The notes under the pieces were generated by a model. The model searched no databases, was not told the DNA's origin, and was given only the letters and a program-made list of their open reading frames with translations. A stretch of DNA of 64,000 nucleotides from an uncultured Lachnospiraceae bacterium. Lineage in GTDB: Bacteria; Bacillota; Clostridia; Christensenellales; UBA1242. Shown in pieces: positions 25,179-34,384 of this stretch. The translations under genes and the position numbers were made by a program. The stretch covers positions 1,886 through 65,885 of the forward strand of contig CAYJCR010000004.1 of NCBI GenBank assembly GCA_964368755.1, read 5' to 3'. Position 1 is the stretch's first letter. Each line of letters begins with the position of its first letter.

Positions 25179-27296
25179 ATGGCAAACAAAAAAATAGTCG
25201 TATTATCTATAATAACACTACTATTATTCACGGCAGCACTTGCTATGGTGATTTTTCTTGCTATCAACAATTCAAAAAAAGACGATGATAACCCAGTTAT
25301 TGAGGATATAGTACAGTATTCTGATTACAACAAAGACAACAAAGATGTATTTGTCAAATGTATGGAGCAGTTGTTACAAATCAAATATTCTGACGATGAA
25401 ACTCAGTATAATGATGTATGGAAAGATGACTTGATCAAAGAAACATTTACTAACCTTGTTGATGCTTTTGAAACTGCAGAAATTGATATTGATGTTTTCT
25501 ATGAAGTATCAAAGTTTGTATATGATTTGCCCGAACAAATAAAAGGTATGTCATTTGATCTTGGAGAAGGAATAGAGAATACGACATTATCATTGGGTGA
25601 CCTTTACAATGTTTTTTCCAAAGTCAATAATATCAACAAAATCGTTGATTTGTACAACCGATTTTATGCGACGGGTTTAACTGATGATGATATTGCTCTT
25701 ATTCTTTGGCATTTTTGCCAAAGCGAAGCAGAAACATTATCAGAGAATGCATTATTCTTCAATCTTATGCTTAATGTAGATGTTGAGAATGAATATGGTA
25801 CATATGCAGAACTTGCAAAACTACTTATGATCGATGCAATACCATACATTCAACCGTTATTAGATAATATGGGCAAAGATAATTTCATTATTAATGTTAA
25901 GCAAATTCTTTCTCAGTTACGAGAGATTACAGTTGAGGTAAAATCTTATTCTGTTATTAGCTTTTCGCAAATAATTGTCGATATTATTGATGGAACCAGA
26001 GATTACAATGATCTGTTAGAGTATTCTAAGAGCATCAATACTTCGCTTAAGAATAGATTAGATGAAGACGGCAAATTTCTTGATTATTCAGGCATTTCTT
26101 ATCCGGTCCTTTCTATTATTACTAAGACTCCATTTTTGATAAGATTCTTGAATGAGCATATGCATTTTGGTGATGAATGGATAGCTTTTGGACTAGACAT
26201 CAATACATTTTTTACCTCATGTGTCAAAACTCTCAATTCTATCGAGGACCTTACCAACGCAGCAGTTAATGGTATTATCAATGTAACAGAGTATTTGTCT
26301 GAGAATAAATCTGTTCTTGTTAGAGATGAGACAGGTGTCATTGTTGATCAGATCAGTATAGTAGAGGCACTAGCAGACAATATGAGCAATGCTTTTGATG
26401 GTGAGTCATTCAATGCAAATGCAGATACGGTAGTTATTTTCTGTAAGATATTTGCTAAGATGTTCGATGGGGTAGGCTTGACATATGAAACGATTACCAC
26501 TCTTGGCAAAGAACTTGTCGAATCTTTTATGCTTGCTCTTGTTGCGTATAGTGCTGGTACTGACAGTGATATTGATGTCAACGATGAAGATGTTGGCAAT
26601 GCTGCTGGCAATTTAATAATATTTTTTAGAAGTGACTATATGGACGATTTGATGGATACAATATTTGATTATATTGGCGAGTCGATCGGTGTTATTACAG
26701 AGATATCTAAGCTTGACTTGGGTGCGAGTGAGAGAGATTTGTACGATATATCTAGTAATATTATGGTACTTAAAGATTCAATCAATATTACGTTGAATGC
26801 TTTATATAATGGTGAGTTTATCACGGCTGATCATGCAGCTACATGGGTTGCGACCTATGTGTTACAAAAATTCTTTGTTTCTCAATATGACTATTATCAA
26901 GACAATTGGAAAAGCGATGTAAAAACGATATTGGGAGAAGAGTTTAGCAAAATGTTAGGATTGCCAGCTGGTGCTTCTATGTTACTTCATGGGCTATCTA
27001 CGTTGACTATTGTGATTGATATGTCCAAATTGTTATTTGGTGTTGATCTTACAACATTCTCTGCCGATTCGATTATCAAAGAGGGTGATACTGAAGAGGC
27101 AATTAACTATAAACGACAAATTGCAAAATACGTACGTGAGATGGCAAATCTTGCAGATGATTTTGACAAATATATGATGTATGCAACGTGGCCAGTCACT
27201 GCATTATTTGAGAAAGTGTTCTTGACTAGCTGGAATACTTCAGTTCAAATACCAGAGTATATAACCAATATTTTCTATCCTGGACGAAAGAAATGA
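25179..27296 (+). CDS. Large membrane-anchored protein of unknown family, paralog 2 of 3
   Basis: MANKKIVVLSIITLLLFTAALAMVIFLAI forms an N-terminal TM anchor. 705 aa. Shares blocks with paralog 1 (e.g. FYATGLTDDDIALILWHF vs FYDTGITNEDIANVLYYY; VRDETGVIVDQISIVEALADNM vs VRDSEGNVTKKLSMAQALSEHL). Confidence 0.8.
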   Translation: MANKKIVVLSIITLLLFTAALAMVIFLAINNSKKDDDNPVIEDIVQYSDYNKDNKDVFVKCMEQLLQIKYSDDETQYNDVWKDDLIKETFTNLVDAFETAEIDIDVFYEVSKFVYDLPEQIKGMSFDLGEGIENTTLSLGDLYNVFSKVNNINKIVDLYNRFYATGLTDDDIALILWHFCQSEAETLSENALFFNLMLNVDVENEYGTYAELAKLLMIDAIPYIQPLLDNMGKDNFIINVKQILSQLREITVEVKSYSVISFSQIIVDIIDGTRDYNDLLEYSKSINTSLKNRLDEDGKFLDYSGISYPVLSIITKTPFLIRFLNEHMHFGDEWIAFGLDINTFFTSCVKTLNSIEDLTNAAVNGIINVTEYLSENKSVLVRDETGVIVDQISIVEALADNMSNAFDGESFNANADTVVIFCKIFAKMFDGVGLTYETITTLGKELVESFMLALVAYSAGTDSDIDVNDEDVGNAAGNLIIFFRSDYMDDLMDTIFDYIGESIGVITEISKLDLGASERDLYDISSNIMVLKDSINITLNALYNGEFITADHAATWVATYVLQKFFVSQYDYYQDNWKSDVKTILGEEFSKMLGLPAGASMLLHGLSTLTIVIDMSKLLFGVDLTTFSADSIIKEGDTEEAINYKRQIAKYVREMANLADDFDKYMMYATWPVTALFEKVFLTSWNTSVQIPEYITNIFYPGRKK

Positions 27297-27369
27297 TAAC
27301 TCAACTATTGTACAATTGCTTAATTTTGTAATAAAACAGTTAAATTAGTATAAAAGACAAGTATTTTGT

Positions 27370-27398
27370 TTTACATTTGGATATAAAATAAGTATAAT
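27370..27398 (+). promoter_or_regulatory. Sigma-A type promoter for paralog 3
   Basis: TTTACA (27370-27375), 17 nt spacer, TATAAT (27393-27398). Confidence 0.5.
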
Positions 27399-27496
27399 AA
27401 TATCATACTAGATATATAATAGATCTCTGTATGCGAAGGATGTGTATTATTCGCTTACATAGGAAGTAATTGAAAATACAAAAAGAGGAAATGAAT

Positions 27497-29968
27497 ATGG
27501 CAGAAACTACAAAAACAAAAAAGCCAACTACAAGCAAAGCAACAACAAAAACTGTTGCAAAGCCTGCTGCAAAGGCAACTGTTACGAAGAAAGTCGCTAC
27601 TTCAACTAAAGCAAAAGCTCCTGTGAAGAAGACTGTATCGTCGTCAGTATCAAGAACAACAGTTAAGACTGTAGCAAAGGCAAAGTCAACTTCAGTTAAG
27701 CCAAGAGCAACTACAAAGAGAGTAGTTAAACCTTCAATTGCACCTGTACAAGCAGTTGAGGATTTTGGCGCACAAGACGTTGTCTCTACAGCAAATGTGG
27801 AAGCCCCTGTATCTTCAGTTGCTCCTGATGTAGTAGAAGTTGCACCAGTTGAAGTAACTCCTGTTCCAGCAAATACAGTATTGTATGAAGCTCCAATAGA
27901 GAATCCAAATGTCATTGAATCAACACAAGTTGAACATAACACTATTAAGGCGCAAGATGTCAAAGTTAAGACACATAACAAATCTGGCATTATGAACAAA
28001 CTTGTATGGGCTATGCTTGTCGTAGCACTATGCTTATTCATTGCAGCTGCAACTTTACTCATTATTACCGTAGTCAAAGACAAGAAGGATGATAACCAAG
28101 GTGGTGGTAGTTCTTCTATTGTAGATACGGGATCAAGTGGTGGAACTGATGATCCAGTTGAACCCATTACATACACTTCAGAACTTAAGTCAACAATAGG
28201 TTCTGCATTCAACTCATTGTTTGATGTCAACACTTCATCTCTTGATGATAAAGATGTTCTCAAAAAGCAACTTATAGGAGTTCTTCCATCAGCATTAGAG
28301 TATGCACAAGTTCCAATTGCTGTTGCAGAAGATATAGTAGAGTTCCTTCCAACGATCACAACAACACTTGATAGCATCAATGTTGATTGGGACAAATTAT
28401 TGGGCTTTGAGGGAGAACAGCAAATAGCAGACTTCCTTGATGAAATAATTAAAGCGAAAGATTATGAGAAGATCCTCAAACTTGTACAAGATTTCTTCAA
28501 GACAGGTATTACTACTGATCAAGCTTCAAAGATGCTATATAAAGTTATTTCTTCTCAATCTTCAGTTATAATTGACAATTCCTATATGTTATCTCAAGCA
28601 TTACTTGATATGCAAGAGAGAACAGAAGATGCAGGTGATGTCGCATCAAGTATGCAATATCTTGTACTTGGTTTGATATTTGATATCGCTCCAGGAGCTG
28701 TTCAATCATTCATTGATAATGCAGATAACGAGGCGATTATCGAGAACACACTCAAAGAATTGTGTGATTTCGTACAAGGATTTGCTAATGCTTACTTTGA
28801 TAGTGGAATCTCAGAGTTCCTTGAACTTATCGAAGGTGTTATCAAAGGCGAAGTCAATGGCGAAGCATTAAAAGATGCTGCTGACAAAGTATACAAAGCT
28901 ATTGATAGCTTAAAAGATAAAGAATCTGGCAAATATATTGAGATAAGCAATAAGTTCAAAGCAAAGATTAACAGTTCGATTTTGTATATCAATTCTTTGG
29001 TACAAATTGCTTCCAACGCTATGAGCGATGAGCAAAAAGAGATAGTTAATTATTACGTAGGTATCTTTAACAAATTCTTGAAGAGTATCAATTCTGTAGA
29101 TACATTCTTCAATGGTGCTATAGATTTCGTTGCTAAGTTCTTCCAAGGTTTCACTAAAGAAATAAATATCATTGTTGTAGGTGGGCAAACTGAAAAAACA
29201 ACTGTTGCAGAAGCCTTTGCAAATAACTTAACTAATCCAGATGTAAGAATAGTTGATCCATCAGATGAATCTAGTTATTATTTCCAACCTAACCTTGATA
29301 CAATCATTATATTGTCTAATTTACTAGAAGGTTCGTTGACTCAAGCAAAAGCTACTTTCTCTGAATCATTCTTCAATACTATTATATCATTAACAACCGT
29401 TATACCAGGTAGCGATGAAAACATGATCGAGCAGGTTAATGCAATGATTGACAACACTCAAATGATTTTGAATCTCGTAGCTACATTTAGTAAGAAGATT
29501 ATAAATATTCCATTGGGTGCAGATATTAATGATCCAGAATATGCACAGTATCTATCTTGCCAGATTGTTGTCAAAGAGATGGTAGATCATGATGAAGATC
29601 CATCAACTCCAGATGTTGAACAAGAATTTGAGATTACGATGTCTTATGAGACTTTTGAGACAATAATCGAAGATTATTTGAACTCAATACTTGCATCAGC
29701 ATTGCCAGCAGGAACTGGATCTATTAAAGATATAATAATTGTTCCAACTGCATTCATTATGGTTGCTGCTATGACTCCATCTACTGTAGTCCTATATGCA
29801 GTAACTCAACCAATAATATTGTTACTCAACAACTATGCAGGACTTGAGTTAGATGCTGGAGTATTTGATATCCAGAATATGCTTGAGAACTATTATGCTA
29901 AGTATAGTACAGTTATCAGCGATTGGCTTGATGATATGCTAGAAGGCACAACAAGACAAGCAGGTTAA
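27497..29968 (+). CDS. Large membrane protein of unknown family, paralog 3 of 3, with Lys/Thr/Ala/Val-rich N-terminal extension
   Basis: Start chosen at ATG 27497 (MAETTKTKKPTT...) for better spacing from AGAGGA. About 180 aa of basic low-complexity sequence precede the TM helix LVWAMLVVALCLFIAAATLLIITVV. The remainder is homologous to paralogs 1 and 2 (FFKTGITTDQASKMLYKV; DKESGKYIEISNKFK). Confidence 0.8.
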   Translation: MAETTKTKKPTTSKATTKTVAKPAAKATVTKKVATSTKAKAPVKKTVSSSVSRTTVKTVAKAKSTSVKPRATTKRVVKPSIAPVQAVEDFGAQDVVSTANVEAPVSSVAPDVVEVAPVEVTPVPANTVLYEAPIENPNVIESTQVEHNTIKAQDVKVKTHNKSGIMNKLVWAMLVVALCLFIAAATLLIITVVKDKKDDNQGGGSSSIVDTGSSGGTDDPVEPITYTSELKSTIGSAFNSLFDVNTSSLDDKDVLKKQLIGVLPSALEYAQVPIAVAEDIVEFLPTITTTLDSINVDWDKLLGFEGEQQIADFLDEIIKAKDYEKILKLVQDFFKTGITTDQASKMLYKVISSQSSVIIDNSYMLSQALLDMQERTEDAGDVASSMQYLVLGLIFDIAPGAVQSFIDNADNEAIIENTLKELCDFVQGFANAYFDSGISEFLELIEGVIKGEVNGEALKDAADKVYKAIDSLKDKESGKYIEISNKFKAKINSSILYINSLVQIASNAMSDEQKEIVNYYVGIFNKFLKSINSVDTFFNGAIDFVAKFFQGFTKEINIIVVGGQTEKTTVAEAFANNLTNPDVRIVDPSDESSYYFQPNLDTIIILSNLLEGSLTQAKATFSESFFNTIISLTTVIPGSDENMIEQVNAMIDNTQMILNLVATFSKKIINIPLGADINDPEYAQYLSCQIVVKEMVDHDEDPSTPDVEQEFEITMSYETFETIIEDYLNSILASALPAGTGSIKDIIIVPTAFIMVAAMTPSTVVLYAVTQPIILLLNNYAGLELDAGVFDIQNMLENYYAKYSTVISDWLDDMLEGTTRQAG

Positions 29969-29989
29969 TAATAAGATTAAGATTGAGAC

Positions 29990-30019
29990 TTGGGGCATTG
30001 ATTTAATGCCCCAAATTTT
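29990..30019 (+). terminator. Strong hairpin with short T-tract (terminator or attenuator between paralog 3 and the ABC genes)
   Basis: 10-bp stem TTGGGGCATT / AATGCCCCAA, 5-nt loop, then ATTTTA. Confidence 0.55.
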
Positions 30020-30035
30020 ATAAAAGGAAAGGTTT

Positions 30036-30728
30036 ATGGGAGTAGTACTTAGTTGCAACAAACTTGTTAAAGATTTCTTAGTAGCGGGCAAGCAAACGCG
30101 TGTTATTAATGGTATTTCTTGTGAATTTAACGAAGGTGAGTTTGTATCTATCATGGGCCCAAGTGGTAGTGGTAAGAGCACATTTCTTTATCTACTCAGT
30201 GGTATTGAGCGCAAGACAAGTGGTAGCGTACAGATCCTTGGTAAAGAGATTGATTCATACTCTAACAAGGATATAAGTAAGCTTCGTTCGACTGATATTA
30301 GTTTTGTATTCCAAGCGTATAACCTTATCACTAACTTTACAGTATACGAGAATGTCATTACACCACTTCTTATAAGCAAACGCAAGATTGTCGAAAGTGA
30401 AGTTGATAATGTATTGCAAAGTGTTGGACTTCTTAAGTACAAACATAGTGCAGTTACAATGCTATCTGGTGGAGAACAGCAGAGAGTTGCTATTGCAAGA
30501 GCTCTAATTACAAGACCAAAGATATTGTTTGCCGATGAAGCAACAGGTAACCTTGATAGTAAGACTGTTGTATCTGTAATGAAATTGTTGCAAAAAATCA
30601 ATGAAGTTACGCATATTACGATAATACAAGTAACACACTCAGAGCAATGTGCCTTGTATGGACATAGGACTATTAGACTTCTAGATGGCAATATAGTTAA
30701 GGATGAAAAAGTAACAAAGAGATTGTAG
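30036..30728 (+). CDS. ABC transporter ATP-binding protein, MacB/LolD/FtsE-like
   Basis: Walker A GPSGSGKST, Q-loop, signature LSGGEQQRVAIARAL, Walker B ILFADEATGNLD, H-loop VTHS. Confidence 0.93.
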   Translation: MGVVLSCNKLVKDFLVAGKQTRVINGISCEFNEGEFVSIMGPSGSGKSTFLYLLSGIERKTSGSVQILGKEIDSYSNKDISKLRSTDISFVFQAYNLITNFTVYENVITPLLISKRKIVESEVDNVLQSVGLLKYKHSAVTMLSGGEQQRVAIARALITRPKILFADEATGNLDSKTVVSVMKLLQKINEVTHITIIQVTHSEQCALYGHRTIRLLDGNIVKDEKVTKRL

Positions 30729-30748
30729 GATATACATATAGGACAAAT

Positions 30749-33280
30749 ATGAGAATAATACTAAAGTTTGCCAAATCTAATATAAAAAATGCCAAAGCTA
30801 AAGTAATAGTTTTGGTTCTTTGTGTTGCAATAAGCTGTTTCATATTTGCGGCATCCATATGCGTACCAATGTTTATCAGGCAATACAATGTAGATCTCGC
30901 ACGTTCGTTTTATGGCGACTCTGATGCTTATATGGCACCAGAAGACTTCGGGACACAAAGGTATTCTTCGATGTCATATGTGCCACAAGAGACCAAAGAC
31001 AAATGCGAATATATATATACAATGTTTGCATATCAAGATTATGTAACAATGAATGATGAAAATCTTCTTTATAATATTATTGGCGTTAACTATGATGAGC
31101 TTATGAACTTCAATAATACTATTAAGTTGAACACAAAATTGACTTCACTTGGCGAACTCGAAATAATAATAAGCGAGAAGATGGCGAAGAAGTATAACTT
31201 GTCGACAGGTAGCATTGTCAAATTGTCTACCTACAAGTATTCTGCCAAAGTTGTTGCCGTAGCTAAGCCAACAGGATACTTCACTGATGGACAGAATATT
31301 TTTACCTCTAAGCAAACTTTGATAAAACTTATGAAAGCAAGTGGAGCATCTTTGCTCACCAAAGCTAATAAGGATACAATATTTAACTTAGCTGTTATGA
31401 AGTTTAAACCAGATATTGATGCCGACCAGACTAGGGACGAGTTTGACGATTACCTAAAAAATATTTCTGTTACACAAACTGTTGATGAAGAAGCAATACA
31501 AGGATATATCGACTTTATTATTGGACCATTCTTGTTTGTTGCTAGCATAGTAATGGTGTTCTGTGTATTTATAATACTCCTTATATGTAATATCATATTC
31601 ACTGAGAGGCTTAAAGAGTTTGCTACTCTCAAATCACTTGGCGCAACCAATGGGCATCTAGTGGGAAGCTTGGTTCTTGAGAGTGGAACATACGGTGGCG
31701 TAGGTGGAGTGTTTGGTGCATTATTTGTATTCCTACTAGAAGTAATATTACAACATATTGGTATGACATATATCAGAGGCATACCTGTATTGTACTTTGT
31801 TTACTTTGTATTGTTTGGCGTTGGATTTAGTATTATAAGTGCTCTTATACCAGCTATAATACATAGTAGAAAAAGTATTAGACAGACAATGATATTATCC
31901 TCGAAGAGTAAGTTATTTAACTACATTTGGAGCATTGGTGGCGCTACACTTGGAGTATTTGCTGTTATATCGGCAATACTAGTTGATCCAATGGAAAGAA
32001 ATATTTTCCCTATACTTACCATTGCTTGTGCTTTGCTTTCGATCATAATGTTATCGCCATATATTATATATGGAATAGTTCAATTATTCTATATTGTGTT
32101 TAGAAAAGTTGGTGGCTTTGCTTCGGTTTATGTCAAAAATAATACTTTAACATCTTCGGTATCGATGATGATAAGACTTACGACATTTGGATTGGCTATA
32201 TTTTTGTTGCTTAATATATTGCCATCACTTGTAAAAACAGCCGTTAACTCTGAGGTGTCAAGAACGGTGTATGATATTCAACTAAGATACGTAGACGATG
32301 ACAAAGATGCAATAGTTGATTATCTTAATGGAATAGATGAAGTATCATATGTATATAAGACATATGATAGTAGAAGTGAAAAAGAATACAGTTATGATTT
32401 TGATATCAATAAACTATGTGGTTTTACATATGATACTATTGTAACAGCTTATGGCAATACAATAGTAGGCAACAAAGAAGAAGTGCTCAACAAACTAAAA
32501 GATGAAGAGCATCCATACATTCTTGTTGGTCAACAATTCGCAATATTTAACGATCTTGAAATCGGAGATATCGTAAGCTTTGATATTACAATTGACGAAG
32601 ATGCCGAAGATAAAGAAGATCGTGTCTCAAGAACGTCATTTGTTATAGCTGGATTTACAAATGCTATGCAACAAGTTAATAGTATAATGGTGTTTAATGT
32701 CGAGTATATAAATAAAGCATACAACAAAGAGTTGTCTAATGCCATAGAAGTCAAACTTAAGTCTATGAATGATTACCAGAAAGTATATGATGCGATTAAA
32801 TCCAATCCACTATGTGCTTCTGCAGATATTTACAACGTTACTGGCAAGACTAATGATCTAATTTTTGCTCTAGATGGAGCATTCTTGATAGTTAATGGAT
32901 ATTCATATATGGTTATGGGACTAAGTTTTATTGCAATAGCGATAGCTATGATATTGTCACTTAAGAACAATATTCAACAGCATAAAATAATGTCGTTGCT
33001 CGGTATGAGTAAAAAAATGTATTTACGTAACTTTTTCTTCCTAATGCTTTGTATTATCCTTATTGGAGCACCTTTGGGTATAGCTTGTACGGCTATTGTA
33101 TTTGGTCTACTTACCAATGCTCTAGTATTCTTTGGGGCATATCTACTGTTTACTATGAGTTATGTGAGGTTATTTGTTTCTTGTGCTATAGCTATGGTTC
33201 TGTTGATGGTGATAAGTATGTGGATTGCCAACTCGGGTTACAAAGATTTTGTTCCAAAAATGATAGTAGAAGAAGGATAA
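30749..33280 (+). CDS. ABC transporter permease with two FtsX-type modules (MacB superfamily)
   Basis: 843 aa. TM1 is followed by a soluble domain of about 200 aa, then a TM cluster (residues about 265-500). A second soluble domain of about 200 aa and a C-terminal 3-TM FtsX-like cluster follow. KEFATLKSLGATNGHL is a typical FtsX-domain motif. Confidence 0.85.
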   Translation: MRIILKFAKSNIKNAKAKVIVLVLCVAISCFIFAASICVPMFIRQYNVDLARSFYGDSDAYMAPEDFGTQRYSSMSYVPQETKDKCEYIYTMFAYQDYVTMNDENLLYNIIGVNYDELMNFNNTIKLNTKLTSLGELEIIISEKMAKKYNLSTGSIVKLSTYKYSAKVVAVAKPTGYFTDGQNIFTSKQTLIKLMKASGASLLTKANKDTIFNLAVMKFKPDIDADQTRDEFDDYLKNISVTQTVDEEAIQGYIDFIIGPFLFVASIVMVFCVFIILLICNIIFTERLKEFATLKSLGATNGHLVGSLVLESGTYGGVGGVFGALFVFLLEVILQHIGMTYIRGIPVLYFVYFVLFGVGFSIISALIPAIIHSRKSIRQTMILSSKSKLFNYIWSIGGATLGVFAVISAILVDPMERNIFPILTIACALLSIIMLSPYIIYGIVQLFYIVFRKVGGFASVYVKNNTLTSSVSMMIRLTTFGLAIFLLLNILPSLVKTAVNSEVSRTVYDIQLRYVDDDKDAIVDYLNGIDEVSYVYKTYDSRSEKEYSYDFDINKLCGFTYDTIVTAYGNTIVGNKEEVLNKLKDEEHPYILVGQQFAIFNDLEIGDIVSFDITIDEDAEDKEDRVSRTSFVIAGFTNAMQQVNSIMVFNVEYINKAYNKELSNAIEVKLKSMNDYQKVYDAIKSNPLCASADIYNVTGKTNDLIFALDGAFLIVNGYSYMVMGLSFIAIAIAMILSLKNNIQQHKIMSLLGMSKKMYLRNFFFLMLCIILIGAPLGIACTAIVFGLLTNALVFFGAYLLFTMSYVRLFVSCAIAMVLLMVISMWIANSGYKDFVPKMIVEEG

Positions 33281-33369
33281 TTTACTTAAATAACATATTT
33301 TCAAATATTTTGTTTTGGACTGATAAAATACATAATTCTGCATAGAATAACTCTTGATAAGGGGGCTCT

Positions 33370-34137
33370 ATGTGGGATTTTTGTTTGGTAATACCTAGAG
33401 AATATGGCAGAATAGCATATATAATCAAAGATATTGTTAAGGCGAACGCAAGGCAAGCTTATGTGCAGACAATCGTTGAGGAAGAATATACTTACAGATA
33501 TATTCTCTCTATGCAATTATCTGACAAGAGCTTAATATATCCGTTGATATTTGATTGTATTGTTAGCAGTTCTGTTTGGTATTACAAGAAAAGCTATATT
33601 ATTAACAATCTCAAATATGACTTTGGCAATGGGCTCAAAGAACAAGCATTTTTGAAAGCGTTATTTTGCTTTGACTTGCATATAGATGTTGAAGAAGTTT
33701 CCAAAAAAATGCGTGGGGATACTTTGTATGTTGATTCTGTATATAAGTTTGGACTTAAAAATTTGACTCGCAGATGGAAAGAACTAGTAAGCCTCGCAAA
33801 TGACAATTATTTCTATGTCAAAAATGATGATTCTTTTCTTCAACTCTTGAAGTTCCTTATAAGCAATATTGACTATAGAACAAGTATCGTGAATGTATAT
33901 AAGACTAACAATCGATATACGTTCCATGATAACAACAACAAAGTTATTGATGATTATTTGCTTGATTTTCCTAATGACAAGATTAACTTTTTGATTAACT
34001 CGCTTATTATTCTTAACCCGCAGATAATAGTTTTGCATTTTGATACAGATGATTATGAAGAAAAAACCATTCTTTTAGATTTGTTTGAAGATCGCATAAA
34101 GAGTAATTATAAATGTGTTGACAACAAAATTAACTAG
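33370..34137 (+). CDS. Hypothetical protein, possibly YtxC-like
   Basis: 255 aa directly upstream of thrS, the position ytxC holds in B. subtilis. The segment DDSFLQLLKFLISNIDYRTSIVNVY resembles my recollection of the YtxC F..LLkyFv...ep...vhv block. No other motif. Confidence 0.4.
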   Translation: MWDFCLVIPREYGRIAYIIKDIVKANARQAYVQTIVEEEYTYRYILSMQLSDKSLIYPLIFDCIVSSSVWYYKKSYIINNLKYDFGNGLKEQAFLKALFCFDLHIDVEEVSKKMRGDTLYVDSVYKFGLKNLTRRWKELVSLANDNYFYVKNDDSFLQLLKFLISNIDYRTSIVNVYKTNNRYTFHDNNNKVIDDYLLDFPNDKINFLINSLIILNPQIIVLHFDTDDYEEKTILLDLFEDRIKSNYKCVDNKIN

Positions 34138-34146
34138 TGTTATAAT
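34118..34146 (+). promoter_or_regulatory. Consensus sigma-A promoter of thrS leader
   Basis: TTGACA (34118-34123), 17 nt spacer, TATAAT (34141-34146). It overlaps the stop codon of the upstream gene. Confidence 0.75.
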
Positions 34147-34149
34147 TAC

Positions 34150-34384
34150 AACATAATACATGATGCATTAGCAGACAAGTAGGCACAGAGAGTTGTTCAC
34201 AGAGAGTATGAGATTGGTGTGACTCATATAGCAATACTGTTAACCGAAACCACTGTTATTCATGCGAGGGAGAATGCGTTAGTTTCTTTACAAACGAGTG
34301 GTTGAGGATTATTCCTCAATAACAAAGGTGGAACCGCGGAATAGTTATTTCGTCCTTTGACTGATTAGTCATAGGATTTTTTTA
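34150..34384 (+). ncRNA. T-box riboswitch leader (threonine specificity)
   Basis: Stem I AGAGAG elements (34187-34206). Candidate specifier GAA-ACC-A (ACC at 34249-34251; second ACC at 34243-34245). Conserved T-box AAAGGTGGAACCGCGG (34324-34339). Terminator TCCTTTGACT / AGTCATAGGA (34353-34376) plus T-run. Confidence 0.85.

Noticed and set aside
27403-28395. 330-aa ORF on the minus strand
   Set aside because: It is antisense to the low-complexity N-terminal region of paralog 3. Its product is itself low-complexity (runs of V/A/T/S/F), there is no RBS, and the + strand frame has a homologous family context. It is an artefact of biased codon composition.
19430-34140. Integrative mobile element or prophage at the tRNA cluster
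   Set aside because: No integrase, recombinase, transposase, phage structural or conjugation genes lie anywhere in the stretch. No bounding direct repeat matches a tRNA 3' end at the distal side. Only composition and synteny break support an accessory origin.
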